Source of the DNA: an uncultured bacterium
Lineage (GTDB): Bacteria > JAJVIF01 > JAPKYR01
DNA: 20,704 nucleotides
Assembly (NCBI GenBank): GCA_965369865.1
Contig: CBDURU010000061.1
Coordinates: 1 to 20,704 of the forward strand
Reading direction: 5' to 3'
The position numbers and the translations under genes were made by a program. Below the pieces are notes generated by a model, which searched no databases, was not told the origin of the DNA, and was given only the letters and a program-made list of their open reading frames with translations. Of this stretch, positions 7,767 through 16,622 are shown piece by piece. Within the stretch, counting starts at the first letter, position 1, and every line of letters begins with the position of its first letter.

Positions 7767-9646
7767 TTCTCTACCCCCCCTGTTACCCCGCTAAATGAAG
7801 AGGTGATTTCACTTACCCTTTCATCCGGGACAACACCCTCTTCATCCCATTTCCTTAGCTTGTAATATCGATCGAGCATTCCCGCAAACTGTTCCCGATC
7901 GATCTTGTGGCCCTTCGCGACACCATGCGGCATCGGTTCATCGAAATACCGACGCGGGAGTGTATCATCCGGCCTCTTAATTCCCTCACGATTATTAAAC
8001 GCCCTCTCAAGATCGACAATCCTGAGAGCGATATCCTGAAGGTCAACTTCTGAAAATTTCGCGCCGAATGCCTTCTCAAGCATCTCTGAATGATGCTCGA
8101 ATTTCAGTAGTTTCGGACTGTTGAACCCGTGACATACAAATTTACAAATCCCGACCGCGTCGATAATCGAGTAAATATTTTCATGTGTGTAAACCACAAT
8201 TTCTTTTGTCTCGTATGCTGTGGGATCGCGATTGACATCCGATCCGTAAATACTCCTGATAAGCTCTGCCGGGAGATTGAAAACCTCGATAGTCGGGCGG
8301 CTCCTCAGATGATCCGCGCCGCGCGACGCTGTCGCGATTCCGAGTGCGAACGCCTTTATATACCGGACATCGTGAGGATCGGATTGCGGCAGCCCCTTTA
8401 CTGCGGTTAAATAGTCCCGGTCGGGATCGTTTAATTTTTCAGCGGCCTGGGAACTGTCTGCAAGGACATCCCCGAAACCTTCCCTTTTCGCGATCGAATT
8501 TATCAATCGAACAGCGAGATCGTAATCCCCGAAATCGATAGGCTCTCCCGTTATCGAATCATCGATGATGCCTTTCTGGTACAGCTCCATCGCCCATGAA
8601 ATAATCCCGCCTGTCGATGAGACATCGAGCCCGAGCCTGTTTGCTAGATTATTCAGCCGGATTACATTCTCCGTGTCGGCGATTCCAAGGTTCGCGCCGA
8701 GAAGTCCGATTGCTGTATATTCCGGACCTTCACCATTATGAATATTCCGGTGACGGCAGTGCACAACGCACGAATGGCACGAGATCATCTTTGAAACATG
8801 TTCATGAATCACTTCAGCGTTCAGTGTCGATTCGAACATCGAATCCTGGCTGTTACGTGTGCGTATCGCGCCGAGATGATTGCTGACCTCATAAAGAAGC
8901 GGTGTGCCGACATGCCCGAGCACCTTTACGATCAGCGAATCGTTCAGGTATTTTTTCAATTTCTCACATAATTTAAGGAAACCGTCAGGATTAGTAATTT
9001 CAAGCGCGTCCTCTCTTCTTCCCCCGACAGCAACGATCCCCTTGACATTCTTGCTGCCCATTACCGCGCCAAGTCCACCTCGCGCGGCCGCATTTTTGAT
9101 CCCGGACATCACGCACGCGAATCGTACAAGGTTTTCCCCGGCCGGACCGATACATATCGCCTCGACCGACGGTCCCAGGTCCCGCAGGAAAGCAACCTGG
9201 ACATCGTTTACATCAAGCCCCCAGTATTTCTCGGCGTTTTCGATACTGACAACACTATCTTCAACTTTCAGGTAAACAGGGGATTCAGCTTTGCCAAGAA
9301 CAATGATCCTGTCGATTCCGGACCCTCGCAATCTCGGTCCGAAAAATCCACCGCTGTTGGCGTCGCCAAGGATATTCGATTCTGGTGACTTGGCCGTAAT
9401 ATTGAATCGCCCGGAATTTGGCGCCCCGGTTCCTGTCAACGCACCCGCTCCTATGATCAGCACATTTTCAGGGGAAAGAGGATCGACATTTTCCGGGAGG
9501 AGTTTATAAAGGTATGCGACATTAAGCCCGCGCCCGCCCAGGTACTTACGAACCATCTCATCAGGTGTGTCCTCGTACCTGACAATGCCCTCCGTGAGAT
9601 ACACAAAAGCCACTCTCGACCTGATATTTCCGATAGATGCGCCCAT
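7763..9646 (-). CDS. Tungsten-dependent aldehyde:ferredoxin oxidoreductase (AOR/WOR family) catalytic subunit
   Basis: Motifs YLGGRG, KSP...DANSGGFFG, CIGPAGENLVRFA, RGGLGAVMGSKNVKG, CHSCVVHC, GPEY, RGADHLR, GICKF and DDTLPRR. The ORF extends to 9679; ATG 9646, just after the upstream stop at 9652, is the likelier start. Confidence 0.93.
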   Translation of the reverse strand: MGASIGNIRSRVAFVYLTEGIVRYEDTPDEMVRKYLGGRGLNVAYLYKLLPENVDPLSPENVLIIGAGALTGTGAPNSGRFNITAKSPESNILGDANSGGFFGPRLRGSGIDRIIVLGKAESPVYLKVEDSVVSIENAEKYWGLDVNDVQVAFLRDLGPSVEAICIGPAGENLVRFACVMSGIKNAAARGGLGAVMGSKNVKGIVAVGGRREDALEITNPDGFLKLCEKLKKYLNDSLIVKVLGHVGTPLLYEVSNHLGAIRTRNSQDSMFESTLNAEVIHEHVSKMISCHSCVVHCRHRNIHNGEGPEYTAIGLLGANLGIADTENVIRLNNLANRLGLDVSSTGGIISWAMELYQKGIIDDSITGEPIDFGDYDLAVRLINSIAKREGFGDVLADSSQAAEKLNDPDRDYLTAVKGLPQSDPHDVRYIKAFALGIATASRGADHLRSRPTIEVFNLPAELIRSIYGSDVNRDPTAYETKEIVVYTHENIYSIIDAVGICKFVCHGFNSPKLLKFEHHSEMLEKAFGAKFSEVDLQDIALRIVDLERAFNNREGIKRPDDTLPRRYFDEPMPHGVAKGHKIDREQFAGMLDRYYKLRKWDEEGVVPDERVSEITSSFSGVTGGVEK

Positions 9647-9651
9647 ATTTT

Positions 9652-11025
9652 TTACCTGGTGTCTCCCTTTTTCCCCCATCGTGTACGGCTGTGGTCCTTT
9701 TCAAACCATTCGATCTGGCTCATCGACAACGGCCAGTCTACATTTCCACGGATTTCATCATCGTGATGCTTGTAAAGAAACTCGATTCCTTCAAGCCCAA
9801 GCTCGAAAAGGGATTCTATAACTTCCCCGATATCGACTTTATCGCGGATAAGGTCATGGTAAACACCCGAGCCTTCAACATCGTTTACAAATGTCGCCGC
9901 GATCATTACTCCGTCCCGGATCACAAATCTTTTGTATGAAGGACGATCTGGAGCTTCAGTCACAAAAACCTGTGCATTATCCGGATCATCGAGCCTGCTC
10001 GCGCCGATCGTGACAATTGGAAGATTGAACACTTTCAGGGAATTCAGGAAAACAGGTTCATACGCCTCGGAATTTCCGCCGGCCATATTGTGTCCTGCGA
10101 TCCGACCCTGCCGGTATGCGTTTACCCAGTGGGCGTGAATTTCAGGACGGCCTTCTATCCAGTTGTTGTAGACCGTGATATCTCCCGCCGCATAAATTCC
10201 TTCAATGCTGGTCTCCATTTCAGTGGAAACTACAATTCCGCGGTCGATCTCGATAGCGGTGCCTTCCACGAGTTCAAGCTCGGGTCTCATCCCCGTTGCC
10301 ATTACAAGGAAATCGAACTCGATCTCCTCATCTTTGTCGGTCAGCGCAAGATATGGATGCCCCGCGCCTCCATTAATCTTCAATTCGCTTACTCCGGTGC
10401 CGGTTTGAACCCTTACACCATGCTTCTCAAGCTCTGCCTCTGCATATTTTGCCGCTTTCAGATCGAGTAGAAGCGGCATGATCTTCGGCATCATCTCTAC
10501 CGCGGCAACTTCAACGCCCAATTCCACAAGTGACGCCAGCGCCTGCAGCCCGATCAGGCCAACACCCACGAGCAAAGCTTTCGAACCGGATTTGCACTCT
10601 GATTTCAACCTTTCGATATCATCCGCGCAATAGAGAGTAAAGTAAGGCACTTTATCCAGGCCCTTAATTGGAGGTGTAAACGGTTTCGAACCGGTAGCGA
10701 TCAGGATTTTTCCGCACTTGATTTCCAGACCTGATTTTATAACCAGTGTTTTATCGTTTGGGTTTAATTTAGAGACCGGATCACCGTTGATAAGTGTAAT
10801 ATTCCTGGCAGCGAACCAATCGGGATCACGAAGATGGATCGCGTCGAACGGCCTTTCCCCCCGAAGAACTTCGACAATCAGCGGACGGCAGTACGGTGGC
10901 GCTTTTTCTCCATTAATGATGAGAATATCACCATCGGGATCTGTCTCACGGATCGCTTCAGCCGCTGAGATCCCGGCTATCCCCGCCCCGATAATGGCAT
11001 ATTTCGTCACTTGTTGATCAATCAC
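9652..11025 (-). CDS. FAD/NAD(P)-binding oxidoreductase (NirB N-terminal/AorC-like), probable AOR partner
   Basis: 457 aa with a GTG start (uncertain, weak RBS). Motifs IIGAGIAG, PPYCRPLI, LIATGS, GVGLIG and TSIEGIYAAGD. Confidence 0.88.
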   Translation of the reverse strand: MIDQQVTKYAIIGAGIAGISAAEAIRETDPDGDILIINGEKAPPYCRPLIVEVLRGERPFDAIHLRDPDWFAARNITLINGDPVSKLNPNDKTLVIKSGLEIKCGKILIATGSKPFTPPIKGLDKVPYFTLYCADDIERLKSECKSGSKALLVGVGLIGLQALASLVELGVEVAAVEMMPKIMPLLLDLKAAKYAEAELEKHGVRVQTGTGVSELKINGGAGHPYLALTDKDEEIEFDFLVMATGMRPELELVEGTAIEIDRGIVVSTEMETSIEGIYAAGDITVYNNWIEGRPEIHAHWVNAYRQGRIAGHNMAGGNSEAYEPVFLNSLKVFNLPIVTIGASRLDDPDNAQVFVTEAPDRPSYKRFVIRDGVMIAATFVNDVEGSGVYHDLIRDKVDIGEVIESLFELGLEGIEFLYKHHDDEIRGNVDWPLSMSQIEWFEKDHSRTRWGKKGDTR

Positions 11026-11152
11026 GAGTCTTGTTTAAGATCCCCATCTCCCCTTGGGTTTTCAAAGAATAAAAAGGACACTGCCTGGCAAGGCTGTCTT
11101 TATCCTGATTAACGCACATTCAAACTAATTAAGGAATCCGAAAGGGAAGCCA

Positions 11153-11181
11153 ATTATAATTATGGCCCGTTTGAAAGTCAA
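11153..11181 (-). promoter_or_regulatory. Sigma70-type promoter of the AOR-to-thiolase operon
   Basis: Minus strand: TTGACT (11181-11176), 17-nt spacer, TATAAT (11158-11153). Confidence 0.75.
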
Positions 11182-11321
11182 ACAGCTATTGAACCTCCTG
11201 ACAAAACGCAAAGCCTTGAATTTTATCCATTCATTTCTGTTCAATTTACGGAATCATCCGGTTGCCAACTAATCTGAAATTGAATATTCTATAATTAATT
11301 ATTAATGTATATTACTAACAT

Positions 11322-11350
11322 TTGACAGATGATATCCATTTATGTAATAT
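11322..11350 (+). promoter_or_regulatory. Sigma70-type promoter of the subtilisin gene
   Basis: TTGACA (11322-11327), 17-nt spacer, TAATAT (11345-11350). The upstream region is AT-rich and GGAGG lies at 11403-11407. Confidence 0.6.
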
Positions 11351-11410
11351 TAAATATACTTACATGATTCAGGGCGTTTTTGTAAATATCCTGATAACAC
11401 TTGGAGGGAT

Positions 11411-12877
11411 ATGAGTATGATTACTCGAAAATTCCTATTTAGCACCTTAATCGCAATTCTTGTCGCGGCCACAATTTCAATTGCTGGCTGCAGTGGTTCT
11501 TCTCCTGCAGTACCTGGGGCTTCACAACCCGGGATTACCGCTGATAATACGGGCCACAACGCGTCTCAACCGTACCTGGTTGGATTTAATAGCGCACCGG
11601 GCCTCGCCGACGAGTCCCTGGTGCGTACTGCGGGCGGAACCGTATCTAAATCTTTCACTCTGATTCCGGTCCTGGCCGTAACCTTGCCGCAAAACGCGGT
11701 TGATAGTATCAGGAACAATCCAAGGGTTGAATTTATCGAACCCGATGCCGAAGTCCATGCCACCGAGGAAACGATCCCATGGGGAGTTATCCGAATTAAC
11801 GCGGATGATGTCTGGCCTCTCGGTTATGACGGCACTGGTGTGATCGTCGCTGTCCTTGACACAGGTATCGACTACAACCATCCGGACCTGGCTCCCAACT
11901 ATATCGGTGGATACGACTTTGCCTATGACGATAACGATCCATGGGACGGTGCTGGTCATGGAACACACGTATCGGGCACCATTGCCGCTTCAGCATTAAA
12001 TAATGCTGGGGTGACCGGTGTTGCGCCGTCTGTCGGGATACTTGCCGGGAAGGTTCTTGACGATGGCGGCAATGGGTATCTCAGCGATGTCATAGCGGGT
12101 ATCGAATGGGCAGTGGCGAATAGTGCCGATGTGATAAACATGAGCCTCGGAACTGATTCTCGCTCAAAAGCCTTCCAGAATGCCTGCGATTCGGCATATG
12201 CCGCAGGTCTTGTACTAGTCGCAGCCGCCGGTAACGATGGTTTCGCGGATGGCAAGGGAAATAACGTTGACTATCCCGCAAAGTATGCTTCCGTTATCGC
12301 TGTAGCTTCTACCGATCAAAATAACGAGCGTGTATGGTATTCATCCACGGGACGTGAAGTCGAGCTGGCTGCCCCAGGCTGGCAAATACTCTCATGTATT
12401 CCTGGTGGAGGCTTAGGATATAAAAGTGGCACTTCCATGGCCAGCCCTCATGTTGCCGGCACAGTTGCGTTGCTTATTCATTCCGGTGTCACGAATACCG
12501 TGGACATACGATCCACGCTGACCGGTACAGCATTCGATCTCGGTCCTGCCGGTAAAGATAGGATGTATGGATATGGTCTCGTGGATGCTTTAGCTGCTCT
12601 CACCGAGGACCCACCCCAACCACCGGACTCGGAAGGTTCAATTGGAGGGAAAGTCACCGATGCCGGAACAGGTAAGGGGATCGGTGGAGCAACGGTGACG
12701 CTGGATTCCGGTGAGTCAATTACTACAAACCCCAGCGGACGGTACAAGTTCAGTAATGTCTCTACAGGTGACCACGATGTTAATGCTACCGCATCGGGAT
12801 ACCAATCGCAGGGCCTGAGTGTTACTGTCTATGAGGGACAGACTTCGACCCTGAACTTCTCTATGATTTCAAACTGA
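11411..12877 (+). CDS. S8 subtilisin-like serine peptidase, lipoprotein, with I9-type propeptide and C-terminal carboxypeptidase-regulatory-like beta-sandwich
   Basis: Signal peptide ending in lipobox IAG-C. Catalytic triad motifs VLDTG, HGTHVSG and GTSMASPHVAG, plus oxyanion AAAGN. A PPQPP linker is followed by GSIGGKVTDA...GATVTL...GRYKF. The start may be ATG 11417, which has better RBS spacing. Confidence 0.95.
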   Translation: MSMITRKFLFSTLIAILVAATISIAGCSGSSPAVPGASQPGITADNTGHNASQPYLVGFNSAPGLADESLVRTAGGTVSKSFTLIPVLAVTLPQNAVDSIRNNPRVEFIEPDAEVHATEETIPWGVIRINADDVWPLGYDGTGVIVAVLDTGIDYNHPDLAPNYIGGYDFAYDDNDPWDGAGHGTHVSGTIAASALNNAGVTGVAPSVGILAGKVLDDGGNGYLSDVIAGIEWAVANSADVINMSLGTDSRSKAFQNACDSAYAAGLVLVAAAGNDGFADGKGNNVDYPAKYASVIAVASTDQNNERVWYSSTGREVELAAPGWQILSCIPGGGLGYKSGTSMASPHVAGTVALLIHSGVTNTVDIRSTLTGTAFDLGPAGKDRMYGYGLVDALAALTEDPPQPPDSEGSIGGKVTDAGTGKGIGGATVTLDSGESITTNPSGRYKFSNVSTGDHDVNATASGYQSQGLSVTVYEGQTSTLNFSMISN

Positions 12878-12900
12878 GCCTTATTTTAAAAATGAAAATC

Positions 12901-12934
12901 AAAAGCCCGGTATCTAATCACCGGGCTTTTTTTT
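12901..12934. terminator. Bidirectional intrinsic terminator between the convergent peptidase and acd-like genes
   Basis: aaaagcccggt-atctaatc-accgggctttt, extending into a run of 8 T. Confidence 0.9.
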
Positions 12935-12943
12935 ACCTGATTT

Positions 12944-15046
12944 TCACATAATTTCAGCACCGGCAATTATATTACTTCCAAGCTTGATCCTCACATCCAC
13001 TACTTTCGATCCCTTCCCCTCCCCGTAACTGAATATCGGATTCAGGTCCATCTCCTCGATTTGATGAAAATCCACAGCGAATTTCGATATCCTGAGAAGA
13101 ATGTCCACGAGGCTGTCGATATCCGCTCCCACTTTACCGCGCACCCCTTCAAGAATTGGCGTGCCTTTTATCGAGAGGATCAATTCCAACGCGTCTTCCT
13201 TCGACAGAGGTGTTAAACGAAACTCTACATCCTTCATGACCTCGACAAAAATCCCGCCAAGCCCGAACATGACGATCGGACCGACTCCCTCGGTATTATT
13301 TACCCCCACGATTATCTCAATCGCTTCCGGAAGCTGTTCCTGGATAATAAACGATGGATTATGTTCGCTGAACTTCGTCTCCATATCCTTAAATACCGCG
13401 ATTAATGCGGTTTCATCATCAATACCCATCACAAGTCCGCCCTCATCCGACTTATGTACAATCTCTTTCGAATCGACCTTCAATACAACCGGGTACGCAA
13501 GCTCTCCTGAAATCGCCTGGAGTTCATCAATATTTGAAACCTTCCTCACCTTTGCGGTTGGAATTCCATATGCTTCCAGTGCCGCAAAAGCATCGCCCTG
13601 TGAGATATAGCCCTCGCCGCATTCCGAGAAAATTTTCTCAACCAGAGCCTTGTTAACTTTTAGCTCAGGAAATTCACCATCCTGCTTTGCTTTGGACTCT
13701 CCATACTTTGTCATGTTCACAAGTACCCGAGCCCCGGTTTCCGGATATTCATAAACCGGCACACCGCTCGCCTGGATTTTCTTGAAATACTTGTCCTCGG
13801 GATCAAGCGTCATTATCACACACACAATCGGCTTGATCGCCTTCTTCCCCCATTCGGCCATTGTCTCGATAATCCCGTCCACATCCACAAATTTCGCCGT
13901 AATGAAACTAATTAGAATCGAATCAACATTGTCATCGTTCATCAACGCTTCGATCGCCGCGCCGTACTGTTCGGGCGACGCGGTAGCGAGCACATCCACC
14001 GGGTTCACAACCGACGCCTCCGGATAGAGCTTACCCTTCAAACCGTCCATCGTTTCCTTAGACAATTTTGAAAGCTCCAGTCCGGCTTCTATGATTTCAT
14101 CCACCGCGAGAATTCCCGGACCGCCGGTATTTGTAATCATCGCGACACGATTACCCTTGGGCGCAGGCTGGCACGACAACGCGATCGCGGTCTGGATCAT
14201 CTCGTCCTGTGTATCGAAACGGATTATCCCAGCCTTCCGGAAAATGACGTCGGTGGTGACATCCCTTTCCATCAGTGTTCCCGTATGGGATGAAACCGCC
14301 CTGAGCCCTTCCTTTGTCTTCCCGGATTTCAATGCCAGTACAGGCTTAACACGGCTGATCTTTCGCGCGGTCTCAAGGAATTCAATTGGGTCCCTCAGGG
14401 TTTCGATATGAAGAAGGACAACACGCGTGCCATCATCGCCGCCGTAATATTTCAAAATCTCGTTCATCGAGACATCGCATTCGTTACCATAGCTTGCGTA
14501 CATTCGGACCCCGGTTCCACGGTTGTATAGCTGGAGCTGGAGCACCTCCCCAACCCCCCCGCTCTGGGCGACAACTGAAATATTGCCTTCCATCATCGGT
14601 GTGAACGTAAAATTCGCGTACGCCAGCACTGAATCATCGGAGCATTCAATTCCCTGCGAATTCGGGCCGTACAACCGCATTCCGTACTTACTGGCGATCT
14701 CCAGAATCTCTTTTTCAAGCTCGATTCCATCCCCTCCGACCTCTTTGAATCCTGCGGTATGAATGATCGCGAATTTAACGCCCTTCTTACCGCAGTCCTC
14801 GAGCGCCATCGGCACATAGGTATTCTTGATGGAAATATTTACAAGATCGATATCTTCCGGGACTTCCTGCACCGACTTGTACGCTTTGATATCCATAATT
14901 TCCGGTGATTTCGGATTTATCGGGTAAACAGGTCCCTTGAAACCATGCTCAAGGATGTTTTTCATCACCATGTGTCCGATACTCAGGGGGTTGTTCGACG
15001 CTCCGATCACCGCTATCGATTTCGGTCTGAATAATCCATCGAGCAT
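12944..15046 (-). CDS. ADP-forming acetate/acyl-CoA ligase, fused alpha-beta (Acd)
   Basis: 700 aa. Motifs PKSIAVIGAS, AGFKEVG, YGPNSQG, QSGG, SSHTGTL (phospho-His), TNTGGPG, NPVD and ATP-grasp YPVVLK..HKSDEGG, FGLGGIFVE, EMDLNP. No C-terminal GNAT domain. Confidence 0.93.
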   Translation of the reverse strand: MLDGLFRPKSIAVIGASNNPLSIGHMVMKNILEHGFKGPVYPINPKSPEIMDIKAYKSVQEVPEDIDLVNISIKNTYVPMALEDCGKKGVKFAIIHTAGFKEVGGDGIELEKEILEIASKYGMRLYGPNSQGIECSDDSVLAYANFTFTPMMEGNISVVAQSGGVGEVLQLQLYNRGTGVRMYASYGNECDVSMNEILKYYGGDDGTRVVLLHIETLRDPIEFLETARKISRVKPVLALKSGKTKEGLRAVSSHTGTLMERDVTTDVIFRKAGIIRFDTQDEMIQTAIALSCQPAPKGNRVAMITNTGGPGILAVDEIIEAGLELSKLSKETMDGLKGKLYPEASVVNPVDVLATASPEQYGAAIEALMNDDNVDSILISFITAKFVDVDGIIETMAEWGKKAIKPIVCVIMTLDPEDKYFKKIQASGVPVYEYPETGARVLVNMTKYGESKAKQDGEFPELKVNKALVEKIFSECGEGYISQGDAFAALEAYGIPTAKVRKVSNIDELQAISGELAYPVVLKVDSKEIVHKSDEGGLVMGIDDETALIAVFKDMETKFSEHNPSFIIQEQLPEAIEIIVGVNNTEGVGPIVMFGLGGIFVEVMKDVEFRLTPLSKEDALELILSIKGTPILEGVRGKVGADIDSLVDILLRISKFAVDFHQIEEMDLNPIFSYGEGKGSKVVDVRIKLGSNIIAGAEIM

Positions 15047-15106
15047 TTTTATGTCCTCCAGGAAGAATTGGAATTGTTGAAATCTTTACTCCGAAGCCAA
15101 ATGCCG

Positions 15107-15151
15107 CCTACAAGCAGCATAATGGCTTTGAGCCATCATGCTGCTCGTAGG
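15107..15151. repeat. Long hairpin at the 3' end of the flavoprotein gene
   Basis: cctacaagcagcataatggct-ttg-agccatcatgctgctcgtagg has 21-bp arms with 19/21 complementary. The two mismatches are G-T pairs on the minus strand. Confidence 0.9.
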
Positions 15152-15199
15152 GTTATCATCGTCAAAGCTGGGACTAGACGAGTTATTTCATCCTCTCTA

Positions 15200-16531
15200 T
15201 TATAATTTAGCTACAGCCTCTTCAGCGGCTTTCACAATCTGATAAACTAATGGTGATGCTGTCAGTGCAGGATGAGTGCCTATCTGAGCAATGGCTATCT
15301 CATCTGCTGTCATTTCACCAGCGATAACCTGAGCCATAACATTGATAATCTCACCTGCAGTTTTACCTCCGCAGGCCTCACCACCTATCAGTTTTTCTGA
15401 GCTTCGGTCAAAGATAAGCTTGACCCGCATTTCCCTGGCCCCAGGCATTGACCCAGGGTGCTTGTCCGCCGCGGATGCTTCTCCGGTAACGATGTCAAAG
15501 TTAAAATCCTCCGCTGCCCTCTCTGTAAGACCGGCTGCTCCCATAGCAGTATCGGCAATTAAAGTTCCGAATACTCCTATGGTGCCCTTGTTTCTGCGCC
15601 GTCGTGGGTTAAAGAGATTAGCCCCAGCGATTCTAGCCTCTCTGGTGGCTACTGAGGCAAGGCGGGTAGCCGTGGGCTTACCGGTGAAGAAGCAGAACTT
15701 CTCAGCACAATCACCGATGGCGAAGATGTCAGGATCATTGGTTATCATATACTGGTCAACCAATATCCCTTTCTGTTCGCCGATTTCCAGTCCGGCATCA
15801 CAGGCCAGCTCATTGTTAGGTTTTACGCCTATAGCCAAGATTACCACATCTGCCTTAAAACGCAGCCCTTTTTCGCACTCCACATACTCCACCTTCTTAT
15901 CGCCAACAATTGATTTTACCCGACATGAAGTATTCACTTTCACTCCGGTTTCCCTCATCTTCTCCTCAATTCGGACGCAGAAATCCTCATCGCAGTTCAA
16001 CATGAGGCAGTGCCCCAGTAATTCGACAATAGTTACATTAAGTCCCATCTTCCGGCACTCGTCGGCAAATTCAGCTCCAATAAAACCGCCACCAACAATA
16101 ACTACGTCCTTAGCTTGTTTTAGAGCCTCCTGCAGTTGCTCCAGATATTCTATCTCCTTTCTGATAGTGAAGACATTGTTCAGGTCTGCACCTGGTATGG
16201 GAGGTTCCACCGGCAGTGAGCCTGTTGCCATTATCAGCTTGTCATACCCGATAGTCTGACCCCCGGCAGTGCTCACACTCTTCGCTTCCCTATCAATAGA
16301 GGTAACCTTATCAATTATCAATTCAGCATCACCTAAAAGGGATACAGGCACCACATTCTTCTCTGCAGAGCCTAAGGTCCCCATAATATAGGGGATACCG
16401 CACGGGACGAGAGTCTTTTCCTCCTTTCGTATAACAATAACCTTCTTAGATGGGTAATGTTTTTGGGCAGTAATCGCTACCTCAATACCGGCAGCACTCC
16501 CCCCCACGATAATTACATCAGCCTTATTCAT
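15200..16531 (-). CDS. FAD-dependent pyridine nucleotide-disulfide oxidoreductase (CoA-disulfide reductase/NADH oxidase-like)
   Basis: 443 aa. Motifs VGGSAAG, VPCGIPY (single redox Cys), MATGS, GGGFIGAE, IFAIGDC and C-terminal dimerisation region THPALT. AAAGGAG upstream. Confidence 0.92.
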   Translation of the reverse strand: MNKADVIIVGGSAAGIEVAITAQKHYPSKKVIVIRKEEKTLVPCGIPYIMGTLGSAEKNVVPVSLLGDAELIIDKVTSIDREAKSVSTAGGQTIGYDKLIMATGSLPVEPPIPGADLNNVFTIRKEIEYLEQLQEALKQAKDVVIVGGGFIGAEFADECRKMGLNVTIVELLGHCLMLNCDEDFCVRIEEKMRETGVKVNTSCRVKSIVGDKKVEYVECEKGLRFKADVVILAIGVKPNNELACDAGLEIGEQKGILVDQYMITNDPDIFAIGDCAEKFCFFTGKPTATRLASVATREARIAGANLFNPRRRRNKGTIGVFGTLIADTAMGAAGLTERAAEDFNFDIVTGEASAADKHPGSMPGAREMRVKLIFDRSSEKLIGGEACGGKTAGEIINVMAQVIAGEMTADEIAIAQIGTHPALTASPLVYQIVKAAEEAVAKL

Positions 16532-16622
16532 TATGTACTCCTTTATTTAAGCGTTTTTTCATAGTTATACGATAAATCTACCTACAAAAAGTTTTGTAGG
16601 CGGCACCCGGTCTATAATAAAT

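Larger units (their letters stand above)
15107..16587 (-). mobile_element. Putative recombinase-less gene cassette inserted into a palindrome
   Basis: Direct repeat CCTACAA at 15107-15113 and 16581-16587. Deleting one copy plus the interior gives TGCCGCCTACAAAA-AG-TTTTGTAGGCGGCA. The cargo gene is visibly CpG-poor compared with its neighbours. Confidence 0.6.

Noticed and set aside
7763..9646. BamB (class II, tungsten benzoyl-CoA reductase)
   Set aside because: Tempting given the oah/had-like neighbours, but the protein keeps the AOR-type GPEY motif after the Cys cluster and no BamDE/Hdr-like partners are present. A phylogeny is needed to exclude it fully.
11026..11150. Moco/Wco riboswitch upstream of the tungsten enzyme operon
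   Set aside because: I cannot see the multi-stem consensus; only one terminator-like hairpin is supported.
12944..15046. Protein lysine acetyltransferase Pat/Pka
   Set aside because: There is no GNAT domain, and the phospho-accepting His (SSHTG) is retained.
15107..15157. Canonical integron attC site
   Set aside because: It lacks properly placed RYYYAAC/GTTRRRY boxes and the typical extrahelical bases, and no intI is in the window. Only the overall architecture is similar.
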